DNA of 62,436 nt, the filler included. It is 8 parts of 8 records of this genome, joined end to end, with 100 filler letters (N's around TTAATTAATTAA, not from the genome) between each part and the next. Parts side by side here need not be neighbours in the genome. Positions count along the whole stretch, not along the records: positions 29,544 to 40,897 come from SRR31156797_29047; positions 40,998 to 46,237 come from SRR31156797_29070; 6 more parts are not named here. One strand, given 5' to 3'. A program made the translations under genes and the position numbers. Below, piece by piece: positions 31,106-41,208 of this stretch. The notes beneath the pieces were generated by a model. The model saw nothing but the letters and a program-made list of their open reading frames with translations, searched no databases and was not told the origin of the DNA. The stretch's first letter is position 1; each line of letters opens with the position of its first letter.

Positions 31106-32365
31106 ATGGAAAAAAATTTTGATTATAGTGTAATAGAGAATCATTTGTTTGAATTAGTCATTAACCAAATTGTAAGCAAAAACATCACCTTTCTAGGGAA
31201 TTTCCAAAAAAAACTTCTAAAAAAAACTTTTAAAATTACTAGACAAGAAAGTAGAAATACTATTGATACTGATTTTATGAATGCTGCAACTCTTCTAAAA
31301 GCTGAAATATCTAAAAGAAATGATAACCTCTTTAAGAGCGTTGCTATTGAGAACGGAAATCGTTACTATATAGAATTTAAGAATAGCAACAGAGGTTCTT
31401 TAGAAAATAAGCAATTTGGAATAGTTTTAATTGATGTTCTCGAGGATACTGAAAATCTAACATTAATAATAGTAAACGTATTTTCGAGAGGCTCAATGGG
31501 CATTTATGAGTTGCCATTAGATGTTGTAGAAAATGCCTATTCATTTGTTATAAGAAATAGGACAAACATGGAGAATGATAATCTCAGTGAAAAAATCGAA
31601 AGTATTTACCATAGCAATTATATAGATTATGAAGTACTTAAGGATAATTCATATTTATCTCCGCAATGCAGACAAATGTTTGAAGATGCTCAATCTGAAA
31701 TAGGTTATGATTCTGACAGCATTCTTCTGTCAAAAAGAAAATTGAAAAATACCTATATCATGGCAAATAATAAAAACATTTTTAGTTCAGAATTGCAGCA
31801 GCCAACTAATATTTATCAAGAAAAAATATTTCCACCTATAGACAAAAAAGTAGACCTTGAAGAATTTACCACTGATTATGTCTGGGAAGATGAGATTTGT
31901 TATTTCTATTCTATGGTTGAATATTTAGAATATGAAATTCAAGGTGGGGATAGAATGTTTATGTCGACTAATGTCAATATAGGGTATTCGAACATAAGGG
32001 CAGTCTCTGAAATTGATACTGGAGCTGACGATATGATTTGGCGTAGAAAAGCATGTGGTGAGTTTTATGTTACAGAAAATGGAATTATTATTTATGATAA
32101 AGGGTATCAAACAAAACTAGAGAAAGCAGCTGGTATTAAGGGATATCCTCGAAGGGTAATTAAGATTTTATTTTCTGACATTGACATAGTTCATGGTGTC
32201 TTAGAGCACAATATGATTAAAATTGTATTGAAAAATGGGGAGGTTTTAGGTTTACAAAGTGCAAATCTTAAAAGAAAAGGTATGCCATTTACAAACGAAG
32301 AGAATATTTATCTTGTAAACCTAATTGCTTCAATAGTATTACATCGAAAAAATCAGCTTCTTTAG
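31106..32365 (+). CDS. Hypothetical protein, possible C-terminal PH-like domain
   Basis: 419-aa ORF in AT-rich DNA; GEFYVTENGIII...ILFSDID pattern. Confidence 0.75.
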   Translation: MEKNFDYSVIENHLFELVINQIVSKNITFLGNFQKKLLKKTFKITRQESRNTIDTDFMNAATLLKAEISKRNDNLFKSVAIENGNRYYIEFKNSNRGSLENKQFGIVLIDVLEDTENLTLIIVNVFSRGSMGIYELPLDVVENAYSFVIRNRTNMENDNLSEKIESIYHSNYIDYEVLKDNSYLSPQCRQMFEDAQSEIGYDSDSILLSKRKLKNTYIMANNKNIFSSELQQPTNIYQEKIFPPIDKKVDLEEFTTDYVWEDEICYFYSMVEYLEYEIQGGDRMFMSTNVNIGYSNIRAVSEIDTGADDMIWRRKACGEFYVTENGIIIYDKGYQTKLEKAAGIKGYPRRVIKILFSDIDIVHGVLEHNMIKIVLKNGEVLGLQSANLKRKGMPFTNEENIYLVNLIASIVLHRKNQLL

Positions 32366-32383
32366 TTAAAAAGTAGCTGATTT
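32350..32383 (+). terminator. Probable terminator hairpin
   Basis: AAATCAGCT...AGCTGATTT spanning the stop codon, followed by T-rich sequence. Confidence 0.5.
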
Positions 32384-32808
32384 ATTTATAGAAATTGATT
32401 CGAAATTTCTATTATACCAATATCTTCTATAAAAACTAGATTTTGTAAATCAGCCAATCGGAATCGCAATTAATCCAATATGTAGTAAAGTGAGATTATT
32501 AGAGTAATTTTTTGACAAGCTTTAAAAAAATTAAACCATCAAATAGAATCATCAGTGTATAAGTGGTTGTTAAATGTGAATTTTGAAGTAAAAACTTAAT
32601 AAGTAGTTTAATGCGAGGTGTTAAATAATTTATAATTTTTGTAAAGATTTTCTTGATGATGTCTATATATCTACTAGTTAAAGAAAATTTATATGTTAAT
32701 TTAACTGTTATATGAAGCAATATAAACAGGAAATTCATAATAAACAACATCAGCAATAATTATAGATTAATATTCATTTGAAAATTATGAAAGGGATACG
32801 GATGTTAG

Positions 32809-34107
32809 ATGGAATATTTAATATATTCAGATGAGTCTAACCACGACCGTTCAATTACCAAAAAGAATGAAGAAACATTTTCTGTATTGAATATAGATAA
32901 GAAGAATCAATCTAGAGAATATGTTCGGTCATATTGTGTGATACCATCTGGGATAAACCAAAATCTAAAAAAAAGATTTATTGAAAGTGAGAACACATTA
33001 CGAAATCCATTGGCTACAAATAAAGCGTATGAAATAAAAGCTACTGATTGTTTAAAAATAACTGGTAAAATGGGGGTTACTCAGGTAGAGGATAAATATA
33101 TCAATCATTTGATGAACTGCCTAGATATGATAAGAGAATTTAGCATGAAACTTATAATTGTGAATTATAATAAGATAGAATATATTATCGAACAATCACT
33201 AGTTATAGATATTAAGAGATTGCAAAAAATAGATAGATTATATAATGAAGAGTCTGTGAAATACTCCTATGCAAAATACATTCAAAATCATTATACTGAT
33301 AACCTATTAGAAATTCTTTTTTCTGAAAAAAATAGCCAGACTAATTACAAGATTAAAAGAGAGATTTTAAGGATTAATAAAATATTGAAAAAGTATCCTC
33401 TCAAGAAAAATGAATTTTTGGTAGGTCGAACGATGGGGAAAATGATTGAACAACAATTCATCAGCTTTAATGCCAAAGAAAGTTATTCATGGAACTATAA
33501 TTTAGAAACAAATTTGATGATTGAATATTTGGATAATCAAAAAAACTCGAAAAAGTATAACATCGTATTTGATAAAGGAACAAAAGCTACTAAGGTTTTT
33601 AAGGAAAAAGTCAAAGGTAATAAATCTATTGGGATAGTCAAGGACTCCGATTCTAAGGAAGACGAGATTTTAAGGTTTGTTGACTGGATGGCAACATTTT
33701 TTGGAAAACTCTTAAGGTCTTATTCTAATTCAATGAAAATAAATAGAAGAGAAAATGAAGAAATCGCATTAGGTACCGTTGCAGATTTAGAAAGAGACTG
33801 GTTTAACTTAAGTAAGTTGCAATACGAGTTGATACAGAAAATGGATAAGTTGTTTAAAAGCAATGCAATTTCATTTTTATCCGGTGTTTTGGCTGACAAT
33901 TCTTTAGGACTGTTGAATTATTTTGATTATGTTGGTTCTTTTGAATCTTATGAACAATTCAACAGGATTGAACTTTATCGACATGGACAAAGGAGTAATT
34001 ATAATCTTAACAGTGTCTGGCAAGAATACTACAAACAAAGAAACATACTATTTGATAGTAATGACACAACAAAAGGTATAACTTCTGAATTTTATAGAAA
34101 CCTATAA
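32809..34107 (+). CDS. DUF3800-like (RNase H-fold) protein
   Basis: N-terminal YSDES, central IVFD, C-terminal DSKEDEILRFVDW, fitting the DES...D...DS-x6-QxAD pattern. Confidence 0.7.
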   Translation: MEYLIYSDESNHDRSITKKNEETFSVLNIDKKNQSREYVRSYCVIPSGINQNLKKRFIESENTLRNPLATNKAYEIKATDCLKITGKMGVTQVEDKYINHLMNCLDMIREFSMKLIIVNYNKIEYIIEQSLVIDIKRLQKIDRLYNEESVKYSYAKYIQNHYTDNLLEILFSEKNSQTNYKIKREILRINKILKKYPLKKNEFLVGRTMGKMIEQQFISFNAKESYSWNYNLETNLMIEYLDNQKNSKKYNIVFDKGTKATKVFKEKVKGNKSIGIVKDSDSKEDEILRFVDWMATFFGKLLRSYSNSMKINRRENEEIALGTVADLERDWFNLSKLQYELIQKMDKLFKSNAISFLSGVLADNSLGLLNYFDYVGSFESYEQFNRIELYRHGQRSNYNLNSVWQEYYKQRNILFDSNDTTKGITSEFYRNL

Positions 34108-34321
34108 AATTCAGAATTAAATGATATATTTTTTAGCCGAACTATTTTCTGATTTTTATAGTAACAAAGACTTCACAGAGAGGTTCTTTCTTTTAGATTA
34201 TAAATGGAAGACTTTGATATTACTCATCCATTTTTTATATTCGTATGGATTACCTTTTTACTATATACTATATATATGGAAAAAGAGAAAATTTTAAAAT
34301 TTATTTTAAATAAATAATATG

Positions 34322-34362
34322 TACCAAATAAACGAAACTAAAAGAGTTTCGTTTATTTGGTA
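34322..34362. terminator. Perfect 18-bp hairpin between convergent genes
   Basis: TACCAAATAAACGAAACT-AAAAG-AGTTTCGTTTATTTGGTA followed by TTTTT. Confidence 0.75.
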
Positions 34363-34415
34363 TTTTTGATTTGAAATTTTTTATAATAAATCTAAGTAGA
34401 TTGACGGGGAGTTTT

Positions 34416-35285
34416 CTAAAGTAAATCATTCAGTTCTTCTAATATTTCATCCCGTATAATAGTAATTTTCGATTCGTAAAAGTCTTTTCTCTTTGGAAAT
34501 TGATTACTGTAACTATATTCATACAACGTATTCAATATGTTTTTTCGAGACGTTCCAACAGTAATACCTATTTCGCTGAGTTTAGGGTATTTCATGTTGA
34601 AATCATTTAATTTAGCAATCTCTTCAATTTGTTTCTGTTCTTTTCTCTCTTTTTCCTCGTGTTTCCTTTCAATAAGCAATTTATTAAAAAGTTCTTTCCT
34701 TTTAACTAACTCATCTTCAGTTATAACAAATTTGGGAACAAAAGTTTCAATAAATTCGTCCACTTTATTTAATAACTCTTTAGCATCATTTTGGGCTAAA
34801 AATGCACGATTTTTACAAACTCTCACCCATTCTAACGTAGGCTCATTATTTTTCACATACCAATCTTCAGCATCTGGATATAGATATCCCTTGTACCCAG
34901 ATACTCCATAGGTACCTTTAGTTTCTTTAATGATAAGTGCGTGTAATATTAAGTGTTCAAATAAGTCACAGTAAGTCAAACGTTCTTTTTTCTGAGATTC
35001 AAAAGGGTACTTGTATCTTTTTATGACGGGTAGTTTAGACATATTTAAATATTTGTTTTCGTCTATATGATGACAATATAGGCCTTCAGATATTTTGCTG
35101 TATTTCCCTTTAGTTATTGACTTAATCTCTCCTTTTAAAAACCTTTCATACGAACTTTCTCTGAAATAATCATCAGAAACTGCTCCGTGTTTATTTATGA
35201 GATATTGAGTAGCTTCTTCGTAAGATAATGTTAATAGAAACTCGTAATGTAATCTTTTTATAGAACTAACTTCAGGTGTAATCAT
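34416..35285 (-). CDS. HNH-like nuclease domain protein
   Basis: LYCHHIDE...RLTYCDLFEHLILH resembles a beta-beta-alpha-metal motif; GGGAGG RBS. Confidence 0.6.
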   Translation of the reverse strand: MITPEVSSIKRLHYEFLLTLSYEEATQYLINKHGAVSDDYFRESSYERFLKGEIKSITKGKYSKISEGLYCHHIDENKYLNMSKLPVIKRYKYPFESQKKERLTYCDLFEHLILHALIIKETKGTYGVSGYKGYLYPDAEDWYVKNNEPTLEWVRVCKNRAFLAQNDAKELLNKVDEFIETFVPKFVITEDELVKRKELFNKLLIERKHEEKERKEQKQIEEIAKLNDFNMKYPKLSEIGITVGTSRKNILNTLYEYSYSNQFPKRKDFYESKITIIRDEILEELNDLL

Positions 35286-36044
35286 TTACAGAGTGCCTCC
35301 CAAATTATGAAACTGATATTATCTATTTTATCACTTGAACAGCAGTTCTTTACCAAATGAATTTAATGAAAATAATAAATGGATAGACTTTTTTCTTTAC
35401 AACAATGAGCATGCAACAAATTTTAGTGAAGAAAGTAAAAAGACTCAACTAAATATCGTCAAAGACAGATTTCAAACGAGAATATTTAAAAATGTTGGTA
35501 TATCAGTATTTCATAGCCTTTACATTTTAAATCTAATACACAAAACATCTCTCAGATAAAACCTAAGGGATAATTCCCCATAAAAATTTCTTTCATGAAT
35601 CTGAGAGGTGTTTTTTCAAAAATAGACGTAAAAATCGTTGATGTTACAATAATATTGTATTCCTGTCAACAAGTATAAAACCATTGATAATACTGTCTTT
35701 TTTTAAGGCCTTTTTTTTAATGATTTTTATCATGAAATTTGAGATAAAATAAGTCATCATTTTTGATTACAGAATTTAGATTCATTTCTATGATTCATTT
35801 GCACCAATTTTTGTGGTGCTTGGAAAAGAGAAGGAGTTGTTGCTAATATTTTAATGATTGTAGGGTGAAGTTTTTTGAAACCTATCATTTTAGCAGAGAA
35901 CTGAATATTTTGAATGATACTTTTTCTTTTATAAGAATATAAAAATTATCTTATTAAACATACTTTTTAAAAAACACTGTAGTAAAATAATAGCATGTTT
36001 GTTCTGAAGCTTAACTATAAGCTATAATATTATTAAAATTAGAT

Positions 36045-39000
36045 ATGGAAGAAGTGAGAACAGTGGTCTATGGTTTTTTTATGGTTGTTATAATAATTAT
36101 TATTCTCTTGGTTTTTCATCAAAAGATTTTTCAAATTTTCAAAAGTAAGACCGATACAGTAATCAATAAAATAAATAATTTTTGGAGTAGAATACTTAAT
36201 CGATTAAACGTGTTGTTACGTATAGGTTCAAATAAAATTGAGAATAGATTGGGTGATAGTAGTTTTATTCAAGATAGTCTGTCACCTAAACTCTTAACAG
36301 GTGAAGAATTAAATAAAATAAATCCATATATTAAAAGAATAGATGATGGGGTCAAAAATCCAGACATTACTAATATCGCTTTGATGGGTAGTTATGGTTC
36401 AGGAAAGAGTACGATAATAAAGAATTTTGAATGTAAGCATCCTGAATATAAGGTTTTGAATTTATCGTTAGGTTCATATTCTAAACAGGAATTGGAAAAA
36501 CAGGTCAAGGATAATGGGGAAAATGATGACATTGATGATTTGAATGAAAAATTAGAAAATAGTTTGGTAAAACAAATGATTTATAGAGAAAAAAATTCTA
36601 AATTACCATACTCACGTTTCAAAAAAATAAATCATATTTCGAATAGAAGAAAAGTTGCATTATACTTACTTTTTCTGTCATCACTAATAAGTTTTTTTTA
36701 TTTAAACGATTATCTAAATTTTAAAGAAATAGTATTGAGTAATGTTGAAGATATCGCCAGTAACACAAAGCTTCTTGATTTGATTTTGTATTGTGCCTTA
36801 ATAGTTAGTACTAGTATTTTATTTTTTCAATTTTTTCAGACAGTTTTGAAACAATTCAAACTTTCTAAACTAAACTTTGCGAATGTATCACTTGAAGAGG
36901 ACGAAAATAATTTTTCTTATTTTAATAAGTATATTGATGAGATTTTATATTATTTTGAAACGAATAAATTCGATGTAGTGGTTATTGAAGATGTTGACAG
37001 ATTTAAAAGCATTAGAGTATTTGAACATTTAAAGGAACTTAATTTACTTTTGAATAATTCAAAGCAAATTAATCGGAAAATTACTTTTGTATATGCTGTG
37101 AAAGAAGATATATTTTCAAATTCAAAAGAAAAAATTGAGGAACATGAATCAGAAATTAGAACGAAGTTTTTTGAGCTAATTATTCCGATAATACCAGTCG
37201 TAGATGCATTTAATTCTAGGGAATATTTAATACCTATGATGAATGAGAAATCAGTGGGGGATTTAGATAGAAACTTTGAGAAATTTTTGAAAGACATTTC
37301 TTTATATATTTCAGATTTGAGATTATTGACAAATATCGTTAATGAGTTTTTTACTTATTTAGATATACATGGAAGTTTATCTGGGAGTATGAATAAAGAA
37401 TCCTTATTTTCAATAATAGCCTTAAAAAATCTAGTTCCTTCTGCATTTACAGAATTACAGAAGTCACAAGGTTTTATCTATGAAATAATTGTTCAAGGGA
37501 AATTTGATGAGGAATTAATTAAAGGGGTAAACGAAGAGCTAGAAATAATTGACAATGACTTTAAGGAAATCGAGACACAAATAAAAATTGATAAGTTATC
37601 TGAAATAAAGAAGTTATTATTTGACCAAGGAATTTCAGTAAATGATAGTATTTTGCTCGATGAGGAATATAGAAATCTAAAGGATTTAGATATGGCAATT
37701 ATTGATGATATTTTAGAAAAAAGTGAAGAAAATATTAATTTCAATTTAATGAAACGTGGAGGCTTCAATATTCCAAAATCTAGGTTTAAAAAGACATTAC
37801 ATGAGCAAGATTCAATTTTAAAAGAAAGAAGAGAGAAGAAACAGGCAGAGTATGATTTAAAGAAAGGTGAACTTAATAATTTTATCAGAGCATCTTTGAA
37901 ACAAAAATTAAAGAAGTATCCTGATTTAGTGGAATTAATATATGTAGAAATGACAGAAGCAAAATATGACAATAAAGATAATGATTTTATTCTGTATATT
38001 TTATCTAATGGTTATTTAGCCGAAGACTATTCAACGTATTTATCCATTTTTTATGAAAAAAGCATGACTATTGATGATAAAAATCTATTAGTTAAATTGA
38101 AATCTAATCAAAGTGTTGAATTTAATGAAAAACTTGATAATCCAGAAGGGTTTGTTAGTGAACTTTTACCACAAGATTTTGAAAAGCAGGGAATACTTAA
38201 CATCAATATTTTAAAGTACCTATTTTCTAATAGCTATAAAGACCCACTTAAGATTCGTGATGTAGTTTTAGAAAAATTCTTTATTCGAGAAGAAGACATC
38301 TATTTAAAAAATTTAAAGGTAATTTTAGATGAGAATAAATTGGATATCGCTAATATAGTTTTTGAATTATTAAGAAAATATACGAATGGTTTTATAGAAA
38401 AATGCAATGCTTCAGAAAAGAACCGATTGATTGATTTGATTTTTTATGCTTGTTTAGGTGATATAACTCTATATTATGGTAAAGATAATAGAAAGAATCT
38501 ATTGTTACAGGTATTGAGTGAGCATAAGGCGATTTATGAAGGTAATGAAGAGTTTGAAGGCGATGAAGATGCGTCTAACTATGTATTTTTAATAAGAGAC
38601 AACATTTTAAATAGACCTAATTTCTTTAAAGAAATAGAAGACTATGTAGAGTCTATTACCATTATGGAAGTCTTATCTGAACATAATGAAGATACGTTTG
38701 ATTATGCGAAAATCTATTTTGATGATATAGAACTAGATAACTTGTCTGAAGAACAATACAATAAATTTATTGAATACAATTTGTATAGATATGATAAAGA
38801 TATATTTTCCAAAATTTTAAACTACAAAAATTCAGATGAGGTAAAAGTGGTCTCTTATGCAAATATATTAAATTCTATGCTAGATGATTTAATCAGAAAT
38901 ACAAATACAAACTTATATCATTTTGTAGATGAAGTTCTCTTTTCATTAAACGAACTGTCTGAAACCGAGGGAAGTTTTTTAAGTCTATTAAATTCCCAAA

Positions 39001-40148
39001 AACTTAATAAACTAGCTATAAGGACAGACCTAATAGATAAATCAAATGTTACAGTAGAAAAAATTAGACAAGTAACGGATTCTTCGCTTTGGGCAACATT
39101 ATTAGAGAAGAGAAAATGTAGTATCACATGGGAAAATATAGAAGACTATTATGAAAATGTAGAAATTGATTTATCTGTTATGAACTCAATATTCACTAAT
39201 CAGAATGAAGTGATTTCTCTTAAAAAACAATATGATAAATCTGATTCAAAAGATAAATTAAAAGTATTGCTTAAAAGGATGGTTGATAATAAAGCGATAG
39301 GTATTACAGAGGATAATATTGAACTACTAGAGATTACAACATATGATGCAGGCAATCTTTCAAGTCAAAGCACTCATATTTTAGCTAGAAATAATTTAAT
39401 TGATTTTAATATAGAAAATTTTAGTAAGTTTAAGGAAGATGGTGTTATTGTAGAGGTAGTACTCAATCACCCTAATGACTTTTTAGAAAATTATTCTGAG
39501 ATTGATTTATCGGAAAAAGAAATAATTTCTATCATAAAGAATTGGAAACTTGAATCAATTAAAGAGTTGATAGGCACTATTGTTAATGAAGAATCAGATG
39601 AGTTCTTCGAAAATATTGAATTAGTGGAAATTTTATTAGAAAGAGGAATTTCTTCCGATGATATTCTATTTGTAAAATTGTTTGAGAATATAAATGTTGA
39701 ATACTTAAATGAATATTTTATCTTTAACTTAAAAGAAAGGACGTTAAGTAAATCAACAATTGAACAAACGCTTAATTTATTCTTAGAGAATAATATTACT
39801 GATTTTTCAATAGAAGAATATGATTGTATATTTGAGAATTTGTCAAATACGGAACTATTCGTTGATTTACTCAATAATCTTTTCAAGAATAGAAAGCTGA
39901 ATGAGATTTCTATAAAAAATGTAACGTATTGGCTAGGAACACAAAACAAACCAATCTCTGATTTGACTATTGATGATAATGGAAAAAATAAATCAGTTGA
40001 AATAGAAAATACGCCTCAAAATATAGAACTACTGAATAATTTAGACAAGATTGGCATAGTGTCTACTTTTTACGTAAAAGAAGGTTCCATTATAAAGGTG
40101 AACATGAGAAGAAAAGTTCCTGAAGAGCTAAAAACAGAATTGTTATGA
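36045..40148 (+). CDS. YobI-like / KAP-family P-loop NTPase, membrane-anchored
   Basis: NIALMGSYGSGKS Walker A, two TM helices within the NTPase domain, VVIEDVDRF Walker B, RTKFFELIIPIIP, DLRLLTNIVNEF. Confidence 0.85.
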   Translation: MEEVRTVVYGFFMVVIIIIILLVFHQKIFQIFKSKTDTVINKINNFWSRILNRLNVLLRIGSNKIENRLGDSSFIQDSLSPKLLTGEELNKINPYIKRIDDGVKNPDITNIALMGSYGSGKSTIIKNFECKHPEYKVLNLSLGSYSKQELEKQVKDNGENDDIDDLNEKLENSLVKQMIYREKNSKLPYSRFKKINHISNRRKVALYLLFLSSLISFFYLNDYLNFKEIVLSNVEDIASNTKLLDLILYCALIVSTSILFFQFFQTVLKQFKLSKLNFANVSLEEDENNFSYFNKYIDEILYYFETNKFDVVVIEDVDRFKSIRVFEHLKELNLLLNNSKQINRKITFVYAVKEDIFSNSKEKIEEHESEIRTKFFELIIPIIPVVDAFNSREYLIPMMNEKSVGDLDRNFEKFLKDISLYISDLRLLTNIVNEFFTYLDIHGSLSGSMNKESLFSIIALKNLVPSAFTELQKSQGFIYEIIVQGKFDEELIKGVNEELEIIDNDFKEIETQIKIDKLSEIKKLLFDQGISVNDSILLDEEYRNLKDLDMAIIDDILEKSEENINFNLMKRGGFNIPKSRFKKTLHEQDSILKERREKKQAEYDLKKGELNNFIRASLKQKLKKYPDLVELIYVEMTEAKYDNKDNDFILYILSNGYLAEDYSTYLSIFYEKSMTIDDKNLLVKLKSNQSVEFNEKLDNPEGFVSELLPQDFEKQGILNINILKYLFSNSYKDPLKIRDVVLEKFFIREEDIYLKNLKVILDENKLDIANIVFELLRKYTNGFIEKCNASEKNRLIDLIFYACLGDITLYYGKDNRKNLLLQVLSEHKAIYEGNEEFEGDEDASNYVFLIRDNILNRPNFFKEIEDYVESITIMEVLSEHNEDTFDYAKIYFDDIELDNLSEEQYNKFIEYNLYRYDKDIFSKILNYKNSDEVKVVSYANILNSMLDDLIRNTNTNLYHFVDEVLFSLNELSETEGSFLSLLNSQKLNKLAIRTDLIDKSNVTVEKIRQVTDSSLWATLLEKRKCSITWENIEDYYENVEIDLSVMNSIFTNQNEVISLKKQYDKSDSKDKLKVLLKRMVDNKAIGITEDNIELLEITTYDAGNLSSQSTHILARNNLIDFNIENFSKFKEDGVIVEVVLNHPNDFLENYSEIDLSEKEIISIIKNWKLESIKELIGTIVNEESDEFFENIELVEILLERGISSDDILFVKLFENINVEYLNEYFIFNLKERTLSKSTIEQTLNLFLENNITDFSIEEYDCIFENLSNTELFVDLLNNLFKNRKLNEISIKNVTYWLGTQNKPISDLTIDDNGKNKSVEIENTPQNIELLNNLDKIGIVSTFYVKEGSIIKVNMRRKVPEELKTELL

Positions 40149-40205
40149 CAAAGGTTTATACTAAATAATTGAACCCCAAAATATTGAGTTAGTAGGTGTT
40201 AGAGT

Positions 40206-40610
40206 ATGGTAAATACTTCTGATAAACATTTAATGGATTTTATATTTCAAATCAATTCATGTTTAACATTTGAGGAATTGAACGAATGGGAGGATAAATT
40301 ATCGGAATGCTCAGATGAAATGATTGATTCTGCGTTTTATGATAAAGCAATTGATATTGTTCAATTAAGTGATGAATATGAACAGAACTATGTAAAAGAA
40401 GGATTTATCACAGTAGATGAATACTTATCTAAACATTATTCAAAAACTATCGCTTTGTTGTTACGTATGCCAAAACTTCAAAATGAACTTATGGATAATA
40501 AACACAATAGTAATAAAAAAAGATTTCACGTTTATCAAGAAAATGGACATTTAGCAACTTATGCCCAACAAATTTTATATTCTTTATCCAATAAATATGA
40601 TTTGATTTAA
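40206..40610 (+). CDS. Hypothetical protein
   Basis: 134-aa ORF with AGGTG RBS, 57 bp after the NTPase. Confidence 0.65.
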   Translation: MVNTSDKHLMDFIFQINSCLTFEELNEWEDKLSECSDEMIDSAFYDKAIDIVQLSDEYEQNYVKEGFITVDEYLSKHYSKTIALLLRMPKLQNELMDNKHNSNKKRFHVYQENGHLATYAQQILYSLSNKYDLI

Positions 40611-40897
40611 TAACAGATGGATATCGAATTTATAATATGCGTTTTTGGAAGAATAAGTACTTTTTACAAAATGATATTGACAGGGGCATTAGGTTAAACT
40701 GGAGAAAACTATATCAATAATGCGTTGGTTTGTCTAAAAAAAGTTGTTGATAAACAAATTTAATTGATGTATTATGGGTCCTATAAAAAAGGAATTCAAA
40801 TCCGAAGTAATTCTAATATTTCAACCAATATATTCATTTAAACACTGTTAAATCAATGTTTTTACTACGAAAGACTTGGATGAGCGTATGAGCTCCA

Positions 40898-40997
40898 NNN
40901 NNNNNNNNNNNNNNNNNNNNNNNNNNNNNNNNNNNNNNNNNTTAATTAATTAANNNNNNNNNNNNNNNNNNNNNNNNNNNNNNNNNNNNNNNNNNNN
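40898..40997. other. Artificial contig spacer
   Basis: N run with TTAATTAATTAA. Confidence 0.99.
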
Positions 40998-41208
40998 TGG
41001 GGAATTTCACCCCGCCCTGAGAATTAAGATGACTTTTTCTACTTATAAACCCACCCCTTAGTCAAGGGGGTTCTGATAATTATTTACCAAGAGCATTAGC
41101 TCTGAAGAAGATACGGGGATACGTGTACACAAACATTTTTTTAATATATTATTTATTCTGACAAGCATTTTTCAGATGTATTCACACAGCATAGCAAGAG
41201 GAAGACTT

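Noticed and set aside
35335..35559. 74-aa ORF in the island intergenic region
   Set aside because: TTG start without a clear RBS, overlaps the presumed promoter of the HNH-like gene, no motif
40998..41072. Short hairpins at the contig start as an IS200/IS605 end
   Set aside because: Too little sequence and no transposase to support the call
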